A stretch of 32,000 bases of DNA from Pseudomonas aeruginosa (GTDB lineage: Bacteria > Pseudomonadota > Gammaproteobacteria > Pseudomonadales > Pseudomonadaceae). The translations under genes and the position numbers were made by a program. This document shows positions 10,156-19,499 of this stretch, piece by piece. A model generated the notes under the pieces. It was given only the letters and a program-made list of their open reading frames with translations, was not told the DNA's origin and made no database searches. Within the stretch, counting starts at the first letter, position 1. Every line of letters begins with the position of its first letter. The stretch spans positions 5,400,001 to 5,432,000 of the forward strand of contig NZ_LN831024.1 in the NCBI RefSeq assembly GCF_001457615.1, read 5' to 3'.

Positions 10156-10623
10156 ATGGACAAATACGACCGTGCGCTCCTCGCCGCCCTGATCGACAAC
10201 GGCCGCCTGACCTTCGCCGAACTGGCCCGGCGCATCAACCTGTCGCCCCCGGCGGTGGCCGACCGGGTGGCCAAGCTGGAGGCCGAAGGGGTGATCACCG
10301 GCTACCACGCCTCGGTGAACCTGGCCAAGCTCGGCCTGCCCATCGAGTGCGTGATCGAACTGCGGATCACCGAGAAGGATTGCCAGTCGGTGCTCGACGA
10401 ACTGGCCCGGATCCCCCAACTGACCCTCTGCCACCGGATCACCGGCGACGCCTGCGTGCTGATGAAGGCCGCCGTGGCTTCGATGCCGGAGCTGCAGGAC
10501 CTGATCGACCGGCTGATGAAGTTCGGCATCAGCAAGACCTCGATGATCCTCTCCACCCCCTTCGCCGACCGCCAGCCGGCAAGCCTGCGGGGGCAGGACG
10601 GCAATGGCGGATGTGCGGCGTGA
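10156..10623 (+). CDS. Lrp/AsnC-family transcriptional regulator
   Basis: MDKYDRALLAALIDNGRLTFAELARRINLSPPAVADRVAKLEAEGVITGYHA; C-terminal RAM domain. Confidence 0.93.
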   Translation: MDKYDRALLAALIDNGRLTFAELARRINLSPPAVADRVAKLEAEGVITGYHASVNLAKLGLPIECVIELRITEKDCQSVLDELARIPQLTLCHRITGDACVLMKAAVASMPELQDLIDRLMKFGISKTSMILSTPFADRQPASLRGQDGNGGCAA

Positions 10624-10693
10624 GCCCTACGCCGGGGTTATCCGGCAGGCGTCGGGATCCGTACTTCATCGCCGCCACGAACCCGAACGGTAG

Positions 10694-10722
10694 GGCGCAT
10701 AACGCCAACGGCGTTATCCGCC
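10694..10722. repeat. REP-like palindrome GGCGCATAACGCCAACGGCGTTATCCGCC
   Basis: Imperfect palindrome sharing a core with two others in the window (13876, 20849). Confidence 0.8.
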
Positions 10723-10857
10723 GCAGCGGCACTCCCGGCCGATAGCGGAGCCGCCCTCACCCCAACTCTCTCCCTGAAGAGAGAGGGGATTCTCCGTACA
10801 AGCGTCGAATTCGCTGTCTCCAACGCCGCCGACGAACCCGAACCGTAGGGCGCCAGC

Positions 10858-10892
10858 AAAAAAAAAGGCGGTCCCGTTCGCACGGCACCGCC
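10858..10892 (-). terminator. Rho-independent terminator downstream of the thiolase gene
   Basis: On the minus strand: GGCGGTGCCGT-loop-ACGGGACCGCC stem (one mismatch) followed by T9. Confidence 0.75.
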
Positions 10893-10946
10893 CAAGTCAC
10901 GGAGTTGCTTACATCGTCGAGCGACAAGGCCGCTCGCCCTATTGGA

Positions 10947-12224
10947 TTACCGCTCGATGATCGCGGTCACACCCTGCCCACCGGCGGCGCAGATGGAAAT
11001 CAGCCCGCGTCCCTGCTCCGCCAGCGAGAGCAGCTTGGCCAGGTTGGCGACGATCCGTCCTCCCGTGGCGGCGAACGGGTGGCCGGCGGCCAGTGAGCTG
11101 CCCTTGACGTTGAGCTTGCTGCGGTCGATGGAGCCCAGCGGCTGGTCGAGGCCGAGGCGGGTCTTGCAGTACTCGGGGTCTTCCCAGGCCTTCAGGGTGC
11201 AGAGCACCTGGGCGGCGAAGGCCTCGTGGATCTCGTAGTAGTCGAAGTCCTGCAGGCTCAGGCCGTTGCGTGCCAGCAGCCGCGGCACCGCGTAGACCGG
11301 CGCCATCAGCAGGCCCTCCTGGCGATCGACGAAGTTCACCGCCGCCGCCTCGCCGTCCTTGAAATAGGCCAGGATCGGCAGGCCGCGCGCCTTCGCCCAC
11401 TCCTCGCTGGCCAGCAGTACCACCGAGGCGCCGTCGGTCAGCGGCGTCGAGTTGGCCGCCGTGAGGGTGCCGCGCGAACCGCGCTCGAACACCGGCTTGA
11501 GGGTGCCGATCTTCTCCAGGTCGATATCCGGGCGCAGGTTCTGGTCGCGGGTCAGGCCGCGGAACGGCGTCATCAAGTCGTTCTGCCAGCCCTCCTCATA
11601 GGCCGCGGCCAGCTTGTGGTGGCTCTCGAAGGCCAGCCTGTCCTGCTCGTCGCGGGGGATCTGCCAGGTCTGCGCCATCAGTTCGCAGGACTCCCCCATC
11701 GACAGCCCGGTGCGCGGCTCGCCGTTGCGCGGGATGGCCGGGACCACGTGGCGCGGGCGGATCTTCAGCAGGCTCTTGAGCTTGTCCAGGTTGCTCTTGC
11801 CGCGGTTGGCCTCGAGGAGAATCTTGCGCAGGCCCTCGTTGACCCCGATCGGCGCGTCGGAAGTGGTGTCGACGCCGCCGGCGATGCCGCTGTCGATCTG
11901 CCCGAGGGCGATCTTGTTGGCCACCAGGATCGCCGCCTCCAGGCCGGTACCGCAGGCCTGCTGGATATCGTAGGCCGGGGTTTCCGGGGCCAGGCGCGAA
12001 CCGAGCACGCATTCGCGGGTCAGGTTGAAGTCGCGCGAATGCTTCAGCACGGCGCCGGCCACCACCTCGCCAAGGCGCTCTCCGTGCAGGTTGTAGCGCT
12101 CCACCAGGCCTTCCAGGGCGGAAGTGAGCATCTCCTGGTTGCTCGCCGTGGCGTACACGGTGTTCGAGCGGGCGAAGGGAATACGGTTGCCGCCGACAAT
12201 GGCGACCCGGCGCAGCTGGGTCAT
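10947..12224 (-). CDS. Acetyl-CoA acetyltransferase (thiolase family)
   Basis: MTQLRRVAIVGGNRIPFARSNT, QQACGTGLEAAILVANKI catalytic Cys, NVNGSSLAAGHPFAATGGR-like C-terminal motif. Confidence 0.92.
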   Translation of the reverse strand: MTQLRRVAIVGGNRIPFARSNTVYATASNQEMLTSALEGLVERYNLHGERLGEVVAGAVLKHSRDFNLTRECVLGSRLAPETPAYDIQQACGTGLEAAILVANKIALGQIDSGIAGGVDTTSDAPIGVNEGLRKILLEANRGKSNLDKLKSLLKIRPRHVVPAIPRNGEPRTGLSMGESCELMAQTWQIPRDEQDRLAFESHHKLAAAYEEGWQNDLMTPFRGLTRDQNLRPDIDLEKIGTLKPVFERGSRGTLTAANSTPLTDGASVVLLASEEWAKARGLPILAYFKDGEAAAVNFVDRQEGLLMAPVYAVPRLLARNGLSLQDFDYYEIHEAFAAQVLCTLKAWEDPEYCKTRLGLDQPLGSIDRSKLNVKGSSLAAGHPFAATGGRIVANLAKLLSLAEQGRGLISICAAGGQGVTAIIER

Positions 12225-12478
12225 GGAAGAACTCCTTGCTGGAATCGTTTACGCCGAGCCGAGGCTCGACCCGTTAACTGAGCGGTCAGTGGCGCACAGG
12301 CTAACCTTAGCCGGTCGCGTCGCATTGGCCGCCCTGCCGTTATCCCGGTCAGCGCGGTCAATTGCGGCGAACAGGTGGCTGCGTAGAGTTGTCCACACTG
12401 TTACCCGCGTTCCCTCGGCATCGTTGGCCGGCGGAATCCACCTTCAGCCTTGGAGCCTTTCCACCGGGAGCCCGTTCC

Positions 12479-14020
12479 ATGACCGATCGTTACATCGCCT
12501 TCGCCAACTCCCCCGTCGGCCGCCGCCTGGTTGGCGCCGTCGGCCTTCCCTCCCCGCTGCGCCTGGAGCGCTGGCAGGCCGGCCGGGTGCGGCCGGTGGA
12601 CGGCCCGCTGGTGATCGGCGGGAGCGGCGCGCTGGCCGAGGCCGTGCTGCCCTTCGCCGGCAAGCTGACCGACGCGGTGTTCGCCGCCGTCGACGGACAG
12701 TTCGAGCTACCGCGCTGGACCGCCGAGCACAGCCCGCGGGCCAAGGCGGTGCTGTTCGACGCCAGCGGCCTGACCCGCTTCGAGCAGTTGGTGGCGCTGC
12801 GCGACTTCTTCCAGCCGGTGCTCAAGGGCCTCGACAAGTGCCCGAAGGTGGTGGTCCTCGGACGCCCCCCCGAGTCTCTCAAGGACCCGGTCGCCGCCAG
12901 CGTGCAACGCAGCCTGGAAGGTTTCACCCGCTCCCTGGGCAAGGAAATCCGTCGCGGCGGCAACGTGCAGTTGCTGTACGTCGGCAAGGGCGCCGAGGAC
13001 CAACTGGAAGGCGCGCTGCGCTTCTTCCTCTCGCCGAAGAGCGCCTACGTCTCCGGCCAGGTGATCCGTCTTGCCGCCAACAGCGCCCAGGTCCACGACT
13101 GGAGCAAGCCGCTGGCCGGCCAGCGCGCACTGGTCACCGGCGCCGCCCGCGGCATTGGCGCGGCCATCGCGGAAACCCTGGCGCGCGACGGCGCGGAAGT
13201 GGTGCTGCTCGACGTGCCGCCGGCCAGGGAGGCCCTCGAAGGCCTCGCCGCGCGCCTCGGCGGTCGTGCCGTGGCCCTCGACATCTGCGCCGCGGACGCC
13301 GGGCAGCAACTGGTGGACGCGCTGCCGGAGGGCGTCGATATCGTCGTGCACAACGCCGGGATCACCCGCGACAAGACCCTGGCGAAGATGAGCAGCGACT
13401 TCTGGAACTCGGTGATCAACGTCAACCTCAATGCCCCGCAGGTGCTGACCCAGGCCCTGCTCGACGGCGGCAAGCTGCATGACAACGGCCGGGTGGTGTT
13501 GCTGGCGTCGATCAGCGGCATCGCCGGCAACCTCGGGCAGAGCAACTACGCGGTGAGCAAGGCCGGCCTGATCGGCCTGGCCCAGGCCTGGGCGCCGGCG
13601 CTGGGCAAGCGCGGCATCACCATCAACGCGGTGGCGCCGGGCTTCATCGAGACGCAGATGACCGCCGCCATTCCGCTGACCATCCGCGAGGCCGGCCGGC
13701 GGATGAACTCCATGAGCCAGGGCGGCCTGCCGCAGGACGTCGCCGAAACGGTGGCCTGGTTCGCCCAGCCGTCGTCCGGCGCGGTCAGCGGCCAGGTGCT
13801 GAGGGTGTGCGGGCAGAGCCTGCTGGGGCCTGAGGCGGCCCCTGACTCCCCGGCAACAGGACGCCGACCCGGTAGGGCGGATAACGCCAACGGCGTTATC
13901 TGGCCCTGCACCGGGAAACCACCGGTAGCCCCTTCGGACAGGCCCTACCCGCGCCCCTGCTGCCCGCGCCGGCGGAACTCCACCGGCGTCTCGCCGACCC
14001 AGCGCTTGAACGCGCGATAG
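12479..14020 (+). CDS. 3-oxoacyl-ACP reductase (FabG-like), apparent C-terminal read-through; functional end probably near 13833
   Basis: ATG 12479 MTDRYIAFANSP...; ALVTGAARGIGAAIAETLARDG, YAVSKAGLIGLAQAWAPALG; tail after VCGQSLLGP is REP-derived, not protein-like. Confidence 0.85.
   Translation: MTDRYIAFANSPVGRRLVGAVGLPSPLRLERWQAGRVRPVDGPLVIGGSGALAEAVLPFAGKLTDAVFAAVDGQFELPRWTAEHSPRAKAVLFDASGLTRFEQLVALRDFFQPVLKGLDKCPKVVVLGRPPESLKDPVAASVQRSLEGFTRSLGKEIRRGGNVQLLYVGKGAEDQLEGALRFFLSPKSAYVSGQVIRLAANSAQVHDWSKPLAGQRALVTGAARGIGAAIAETLARDGAEVVLLDVPPAREALEGLAARLGGRAVALDICAADAGQQLVDALPEGVDIVVHNAGITRDKTLAKMSSDFWNSVINVNLNAPQVLTQALLDGGKLHDNGRVVLLASISGIAGNLGQSNYAVSKAGLIGLAQAWAPALGKRGITINAVAPGFIETQMTAAIPLTIREAGRRMNSMSQGGLPQDVAETVAWFAQPSSGAVSGQVLRVCGQSLLGPEAAPDSPATGRRPGRADNANGVIWPCTGKPPVAPSDRPYPRPCCPRRRNSTGVSPTQRLNAR
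13876..13905. repeat. REP-like palindrome GGCGGATAACGCCAACGGCGTTATCTGGCC
   Basis: Same core as at 10694 and 20849; lies between two converging genes. Confidence 0.8.
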
Positions 14021-14946
14021 AAGGTGCTCGGCTCGGAAAACCCGGTGCGTTCGACGATCACTTCGATGCGCTCGTCGGTCTTCAGCAGCAGTTCCTTGGC
14101 CAGTCGGCAGCGGTAGTCGGTGACCAGGTCGTTGAAGCGCACCCCGGCCATCGCCAGGCGTTCGCGCAGACGTCGGGCCGGCATGCCGAGGCGCGCGGCG
14201 ACCTGCTCCAGGGTGGCGCCTCCGTCCACCAGCAACTCGCCGATCAGTTCGCGGACCTGGCGCACCAGGTCCAGGCGCTCCACCTCGGCCAGTTGCCGGC
14301 GCGCCAGCGACTCGTGCATGCGCAGCAGTTCCGGGGCGGCGTGGCGCGAGGGTTTGTCCAGCACCGCGGCATCGAATACCAGCGCGTAGCGCGGCATGCC
14401 GAGGATCGTCGGGCAGCCGTAGACCGCACGGTAGCGCTCCATCGGCGCGCCGGTTTCGTTCATCAGTTGCACTTCCAGCGGCTTGAACTCGCCCTCGGTG
14501 AGCGCGCCGAACAGGCGGATCACCGCGCCGGCGAGCATTTCCGGGAAGTGGCGGTTGATCGCCGGCGATTCGCCCAGCGACAGCACCGCGCGCTCGCCCT
14601 CCACCTCCAGTTGCGCCTGCAGGGTGTCGGACAGCAGGCGTACGTAGCGCAGGGAATGGCGCAGGCCGGCGCCGAAGGTATCGCTGGAGAGGAACAGGTA
14701 TTCCAGGAGCAGGCCGTGGAACGCCGGCAGGTGCTCGGCCAGGTGCAGGCCGACATGCTCTTCGCCGCACTCGTCGGCGGCGGCCTTCCAGAACAGGTTC
14801 TGTGCGGAATGGGGGAAACGGCCGGCCGGCAGGCCACCCGGCGGCAGCCCGACACGGACCAGGACCCGGTCCGGATCGCAGCCGCTGGCGCGCAGGGCGT
14901 CGATCACCGGGCGCATCAGCGCTACATCGTCGGTCAGATCACGCAT
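13945..14946 (-). CDS. AraC-family transcriptional regulator
   Basis: C-terminal HTH: TLEQVAARLGMPARRLRERLAMAG...IEVIVERTGFSEPSTFYRAFKRWVGETPVEFR. Confidence 0.93.
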   Translation of the reverse strand: MRDLTDDVALMRPVIDALRASGCDPDRVLVRVGLPPGGLPAGRFPHSAQNLFWKAAADECGEEHVGLHLAEHLPAFHGLLLEYLFLSSDTFGAGLRHSLRYVRLLSDTLQAQLEVEGERAVLSLGESPAINRHFPEMLAGAVIRLFGALTEGEFKPLEVQLMNETGAPMERYRAVYGCPTILGMPRYALVFDAAVLDKPSRHAAPELLRMHESLARRQLAEVERLDLVRQVRELIGELLVDGGATLEQVAARLGMPARRLRERLAMAGVRFNDLVTDYRCRLAKELLLKTDERIEVIVERTGFSEPSTFYRAFKRWVGETPVEFRRRGQQGRG

Positions 14947-15206
14947 GGTGTTTTTTCTAGTTATCCATGGGGCGGGCCCATCTTAGGCAGCTTTGCCATC
15001 CCCTCTCAAGGAGAGGCCATAGAAATAACCCATCCCGCATGACGGAAAAACCCTCAGATCGACTAGCCGCCGGCGTGGTCGAAAATCTCGATGCAGACGC
15101 ATCCCGGAGCCGATTGACCGCCCTGCCAGCGGCGTCGGCCAGGCGGCCAATGCCTGCTGCGGGTGCTCGACTAAGCTGACAGCCACCTATTTCGAGGAGA
15201 TGTCCA

Positions 15207-16064
15207 ATGCCCACCGCCTGGCTCGACCTGCCCGCCCCACCCGCCCTGCCCGGCCTGTTCCTGCGCGCCGCACTGCGCCGCGGCATCCGCGGCAAGGCCC
15301 TGCCCGAGCGCGGCCTGCGCAGCCAGGTCACGGTGGACCCGAAGCACCTCGAGCGCTACCGCCAGGTCTGCGGCTTCCGCGACGACGGCCTGCTGCCGCC
15401 GACCTACCCGCACATCCTCGCCTTCCCGCTGCAGATGGCGCTGCTCACCGACAAGCGCTTCCCCTTCCCGCTGCTCGGCCTGGTCCACCTGGAGAACCGC
15501 ATCGACGTGCTGCGCGCGCTCGGCGGCCTCGGCCCGTTCACCGTGAGCGTCGCGGTGGAAAACCTGCAACCGCACGACAAGGGCGCCACCTTCAGCATCG
15601 TCACCCGCCTGGAAGACCAGCTTGGCCTGCTCTGGGTCGGCGACAGCAAGGTGCTCTGCCGCGGCGTCAAGGTGCCCGGCGAAATTCCGCCGAAAGCCGA
15701 GCAGGAGCCGCTGCCGCTGGAGCCGGTCGACAACTGGAAGGCGCCCGCCGACATCGGCCGGCGCTATGCCCGTGCCGCCGGCGACTACAACCCGATCCAC
15801 CTGTCGGCGCCCAGCGCCAAGCTGTTCGGCTTTCCCCGCGCCATCGCCCACGGCCTGTGGAACAAGGCTCGCAGCCTGGCCGCCCTCGGCGAGCGACTGC
15901 CAGCCTCGGGCTATCGGGTCGAGGTGCGCTTCCAGAAGCCAGTGCTGCTGCCGGCCAGCCTCACCCTCCTCGCCAGCGCGGCGGCGGCGGACGGCCAGTT
16001 CAGCCTGCGCGGCAAGGACGACCTGCCGCACATGGCCGGGCATTGGAGCCGGCTACAGGGCTGA
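15207..16064 (+). CDS. MaoC-like (hotdog) dehydratase
   Basis: 285 aa; DIGRRYARAAGDYNPIHLSAPSAKLFGFPRAIAHGLWNKARSL hydratase motif. Confidence 0.9.
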   Translation: MPTAWLDLPAPPALPGLFLRAALRRGIRGKALPERGLRSQVTVDPKHLERYRQVCGFRDDGLLPPTYPHILAFPLQMALLTDKRFPFPLLGLVHLENRIDVLRALGGLGPFTVSVAVENLQPHDKGATFSIVTRLEDQLGLLWVGDSKVLCRGVKVPGEIPPKAEQEPLPLEPVDNWKAPADIGRRYARAAGDYNPIHLSAPSAKLFGFPRAIAHGLWNKARSLAALGERLPASGYRVEVRFQKPVLLPASLTLLASAAAADGQFSLRGKDDLPHMAGHWSRLQG

Positions 16065-16085
16065 CGCCGGTCCGCCATGCCTTGA

Positions 16086-16110
16086 AGCTTCGGGCGCAAA
16101 GCCCGAAGCT
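16086..16110. repeat. Perfect 10-bp stem-loop AGCTTCGGGC-GCAAA-GCCCGAAGCT
   Basis: Directly readable palindrome just downstream of the MaoC-like gene; no T-tract. Confidence 0.75.
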
Positions 16111-16145
16111 ATGCGGCTGCTTACCGCCACCGCGAAGAATCCCCC

Positions 16146-16451
16146 ATGGACCTGCACGAACTCACCGCGCGCCTGCACGCCATCCGCGACCGCAACGACT
16201 GGCGCCAATTCCACAGCCCGAAGAACCTGGCCATGGCCGCCAGCGTCGAGATGGCCGAACTGGTGGAGATCTTCCAGTGGCTGACGGAAGACCAGTCGCG
16301 CACGCTGTCGGCCGAGCAGCTCGAACACGCTGGCCAGGAAGTTGGCGACATCGTCCTTTATCTGCTGCTGTTCTGCGGGGAAACCGGCCTCGACCTGGAA
16401 CAGGTGGTGCGCGCCAAGCTGGCCGACTGCGAACGGCGCTTCCTGCCATGA
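16146..16451 (+). CDS. MazG-like nucleotide pyrophosphohydrolase
   Basis: MDLHELTARLHAIRDRNDWRQFHSPKNLAMAASVEMAELVEIFQWLTEDQ; typical small MazG-like protein. Confidence 0.88.
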   Translation: MDLHELTARLHAIRDRNDWRQFHSPKNLAMAASVEMAELVEIFQWLTEDQSRTLSAEQLEHAGQEVGDIVLYLLLFCGETGLDLEQVVRAKLADCERRFLP

Positions 16452-17197
16452 GCGACCGCCATTTCGACGAACTGGCGACGCGCTTCGCCGAAAAGATCTA
16501 TGGCGGCGCCAAGGGTGCGATCCGCCTCGCGGTACTCCAGGCCGACCTCGCCGAGGCCCTCCCGGAGCGACCTCTGCGGGTCCTCGACATCGGCGCCGGG
16601 CTCGGCCACATGTCGCTCTGGCTGGCCGCTCGCGGCCACCGCGTAACCCTCGCCGAGCCAGCGCAACCCATGCTCGACGGCGCCCGCCAGCGCTTCGCCG
16701 AAGCCGGGCAGGCCGCCGAATTCATCCAGGCGCCCTGGCAGGAACTGCTCGGCCAGCTCACCGAGCCCTACGACCTGGTGCTCTGCCACGCCGTGCTCGA
16801 GTGGCTGGCCGAACCCCATGCGATCCTGCCGGTGCTGCACCAACTCTGCGCACCCGGCGGCTGGCTGTCGCTGGCCTTCTACAATCGCGACGCGCTGATC
16901 TACCGCAACCTGCTCAAGGGCCACTTCCGCAAGCTGCGCAAGCAACGCTTCGCTGGCGAGGGGCAGAGCCTGACCCCGCAGCGCCCGCTCGACCCGCGCG
17001 AGCTGGAACAGGCGCTGGCAGCGCGTTGGCGCATCGAGGCGCGCAGCGGCGTGCGGGTGTTCCACGACTACATGCCGAGCGAGTTCCAGGCCAAGGCCGA
17101 ACGGCTCGACCTGGTGGAAATGGAACTGGCCTACCGCCGCCACCCGGCCTTTGCCGGGCTTGGCCGCTACCTGCACTGGCTGTGCCGCCCGCAATGA
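16448..17197 (+). CDS. cmoM: tRNA 5-carboxymethoxyuridine methyltransferase-like protein (CmoM/SmtA family)
   Basis: MSDRHFDELATRFAEKIYGGAKGAIRLAVLQADL...VLDIGAGLGHMSLWLA; ATG overlaps the upstream TGA. Confidence 0.82.
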   Translation: MSDRHFDELATRFAEKIYGGAKGAIRLAVLQADLAEALPERPLRVLDIGAGLGHMSLWLAARGHRVTLAEPAQPMLDGARQRFAEAGQAAEFIQAPWQELLGQLTEPYDLVLCHAVLEWLAEPHAILPVLHQLCAPGGWLSLAFYNRDALIYRNLLKGHFRKLRKQRFAGEGQSLTPQRPLDPRELEQALAARWRIEARSGVRVFHDYMPSEFQAKAERLDLVEMELAYRRHPAFAGLGRYLHWLCRPQ

Positions 17198-17262
17198 AAG
17201 GCGCAGAATGCAGTCTGAGCCTGCAAGGGCCGCCGACGTAGCGCGGCCACGGAGCGTCGAGC

Positions 17263-17883
17263 ATGCAATCGCGACTGTTGATCCTGCCGTTACTCGCCAG
17301 CCTGGCCGCCCTCGGTGCCTGCCAGGGCGACAATCCCTACCGCGCCAGCTCTCTGCCCTACCCGCCGCAGCCGGCCGCCGCGGCCAATCCCGGCCTCGAT
17401 CCCGGGGCCTATCCGGCGGCGCCGCGCGACTACGCCCGCTACCGTAGCTGGAGCTGGGCCGCCGCCGGGGTCAGCGGCTTTCCCCAGGGCCTGGACGACA
17501 ACCAGTTGCGCGACGCCGTCAGCCAGCAGCTCGACCAGCGCGGCCTGCGCCCGGCGCGGCCGGGCAGCGCGGCCGACCTGCAGGTCAGCGCGTTCCTGCG
17601 CAACGAACTGCGCACCCGCCAGGTCACCGACTACTACGGCGGCTACTACGGCAACTACGGCGGCTGGCGCGATCCCTGGTACGGCTATGGCGCCAGCTAC
17701 CCGGTGACCCGCAGCTACACCGTGCAGGTCACCGTGGTCCGCGTCGAGCTGAACGACGCCCGCAGCGGCCAGCCGGTGTGGGGCAACAGCGCCGAGTTCG
17801 ACTCCGGCGACTCCGCCAGCGAACAGGCCAAGGCCCTGCGCGAAGCGGTGAAACGGGCGCTGTCGAGCTACCCGCCGGGCTGA
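17263..17883 (+). CDS. DUF4136-type lipoprotein, copy 1
   Basis: Signal/lipobox SLAALGAC; RSWSWAAAG...QLRDAVSQQLDQRGLRPARPG. Confidence 0.8.
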   Translation: MQSRLLILPLLASLAALGACQGDNPYRASSLPYPPQPAAAANPGLDPGAYPAAPRDYARYRSWSWAAAGVSGFPQGLDDNQLRDAVSQQLDQRGLRPARPGSAADLQVSAFLRNELRTRQVTDYYGGYYGNYGGWRDPWYGYGASYPVTRSYTVQVTVVRVELNDARSGQPVWGNSAEFDSGDSASEQAKALREAVKRALSSYPPG

Positions 17884-18803
17884 TCGGCGAGCACCCGGCG
17901 GCGGATCGCCTCCATCTTCCTGGGCGAGTTGCTCATCACCGCGTCGGCGCCCAGGGCGCGCGCGGTGCGGTAGTCCTCGGCGGTCTCGATGCCGAACATC
18001 ACCACCTTCACCGGCTCGCGGCGCACGCAGTCCATCGCTTTGCGCGTCCACAACTGCGCCGCCGGCACCTTGTAGGAAGACTCGCCAAGGGTGAAGCGCT
18101 CGGTCACCGTCAGTTCGCGGCGCAGCTCGATGCCCATCCAGGTGCCGCCGGCCGGCGGTGCCTCGCAGCGCTCGCCGAAGGCCAGGCCGACCAGGCGGTT
18201 GCGCGTCGCATCGCGGCTTTCGAACTGTCGCGCGCGGTCCGCGTAGCGCTGCGTCAGGTAGTCGTTGGCGGCCTTCTCGGTGGAATAGAAACGCACCCGC
18301 GACCAGGCCTTCTGCCGCTCCAGCTCGCCGGCCACGGCATCGACCAGCGGCTCCACCGGCAGCGACTTCATGTCGAGGAACACCGGCACCTGCGGCGGGA
18401 TCGCCCGCAGCGCCTGGCGCAGCGTAGGAATCCGCAGCGGCTTCTGGCGGTAGGGATAGCTGCCGTCCTCGGCCTTGAACATATAGCCGGCGTTCAAGCG
18501 CGCCAGCTCGGCCAGGCTCGACTGGCCGACCGCGCCGGCGCCCTGGGTCAGGACCGCCAGGTCAGCGGGGCGATAGAGCACCGGATGGCCATCGGCGCTC
18601 AACTGCACCGACAACCATAGCGCGTCGGCGCCGTTGTCCAGCGCCTTGCGGATCGCCAGCAGGGTGTTCTCCGGGTAGTCCGCGGTGCCGGCGCGATGGG
18701 CCACCAGCAGCGGGCCCGGGCCATCCGCCGGTACCACCGAGCGTGCCTCGACGCAGCCGGTCAGCGACAGGCCCAGCAGCAGGATCGCAATACTTCGATT
18801 CAT
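17868..18803 (-). CDS. Glycerophosphodiester phosphodiesterase family lipoprotein
   Basis: MNRSIAILLLGLSLTGC lipobox; LLVAHRAGTADYPENTLLAIRKALDNGADALWLSVQLSADGHPVLYRP. Confidence 0.88.
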   Translation of the reverse strand: MNRSIAILLLGLSLTGCVEARSVVPADGPGPLLVAHRAGTADYPENTLLAIRKALDNGADALWLSVQLSADGHPVLYRPADLAVLTQGAGAVGQSSLAELARLNAGYMFKAEDGSYPYRQKPLRIPTLRQALRAIPPQVPVFLDMKSLPVEPLVDAVAGELERQKAWSRVRFYSTEKAANDYLTQRYADRARQFESRDATRNRLVGLAFGERCEAPPAGGTWMGIELRRELTVTERFTLGESSYKVPAAQLWTRKAMDCVRREPVKVVMFGIETAEDYRTARALGADAVMSNSPRKMEAIRRRVLADQPGG

Positions 18804-18934
18804 TTCATTCTCCCGTCGCGCCCTATAGGGCGGGTGCTCGCCAACGTTACTTGTGGAGACGCTTCAAACCCGCGTTTCCTCTTGCCTTTCATCCGGCGCT
18901 GAGCTTGGATGTGAACTCTGACTGGAGAAAAACC

Positions 18935-19498
18935 ATGATCCGCCGAATCCTGCTGCTCGGCCTGCTCCTCAGCCTCGCAGCCTGCGAAACCACCCAGCTC
19001 GACCGCGACTTCGACAGCTCCCGCGACTTCGCCGCCTACCGTAGCTGGAGCTGGTCGCAACCCGCCTTCGAATACCGCCCCGACGACCCACGCATCAAGA
19101 GCGACCTCACCGAGCAACGCATCCGCGAAGCCGTCGCCCAGCAGCTCGACCAGCGCGGCCTGCGTCCGGCCCAGGGCAACGCCAGGGGCGACGTCACGGT
19201 GCGCGCCTACCTGATCGTCGACGATCGCCAGGACCAGATCACCACCAACTACGGCGGCGGTTACTGGGGCGGCTACTGGGGAGGATACTGGGGCGGCCCG
19301 GCGATGGCCGAGACGCGCACCGTGAATTACAAGGTTGCCACCCTCCAGGTCGACCTGTTCGACGGCAAGGACGGCAAGCTGGTCTGGCGCGGCAGCGGCG
19401 AGCAGATCATGCGCACCAGCCCGCCGAGCCCGGCCGAGCGCGAGCAGGCGATCCGCGAGACGGTGCAGAAAGTCATGTCGCAATACCCGCCGCGCTGA
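18935..19498 (+). CDS. DUF4136-type lipoprotein, copy 2
   Basis: MIRRILLLGLLLSLAACETTQLDRDF...YRSWSWSQPAF...IREAVAQQLDQRGLRPAQG; paralogous to 17263-17883. Confidence 0.85.
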   Translation: MIRRILLLGLLLSLAACETTQLDRDFDSSRDFAAYRSWSWSQPAFEYRPDDPRIKSDLTEQRIREAVAQQLDQRGLRPAQGNARGDVTVRAYLIVDDRQDQITTNYGGGYWGGYWGGYWGGPAMAETRTVNYKVATLQVDLFDGKDGKLVWRGSGEQIMRTSPPSPAEREQAIRETVQKVMSQYPPR

Positions 19499-19499
19499 C

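Noticed and set aside
15200-17197. 665-aa plus-strand ORF spanning the MaoC, MazG and methyltransferase region
   Set aside because: Only the C-terminal part (from 16448) is real (CmoM-like); the rest is low-complexity shadow frame over the MaoC-like gene and stem-loop.
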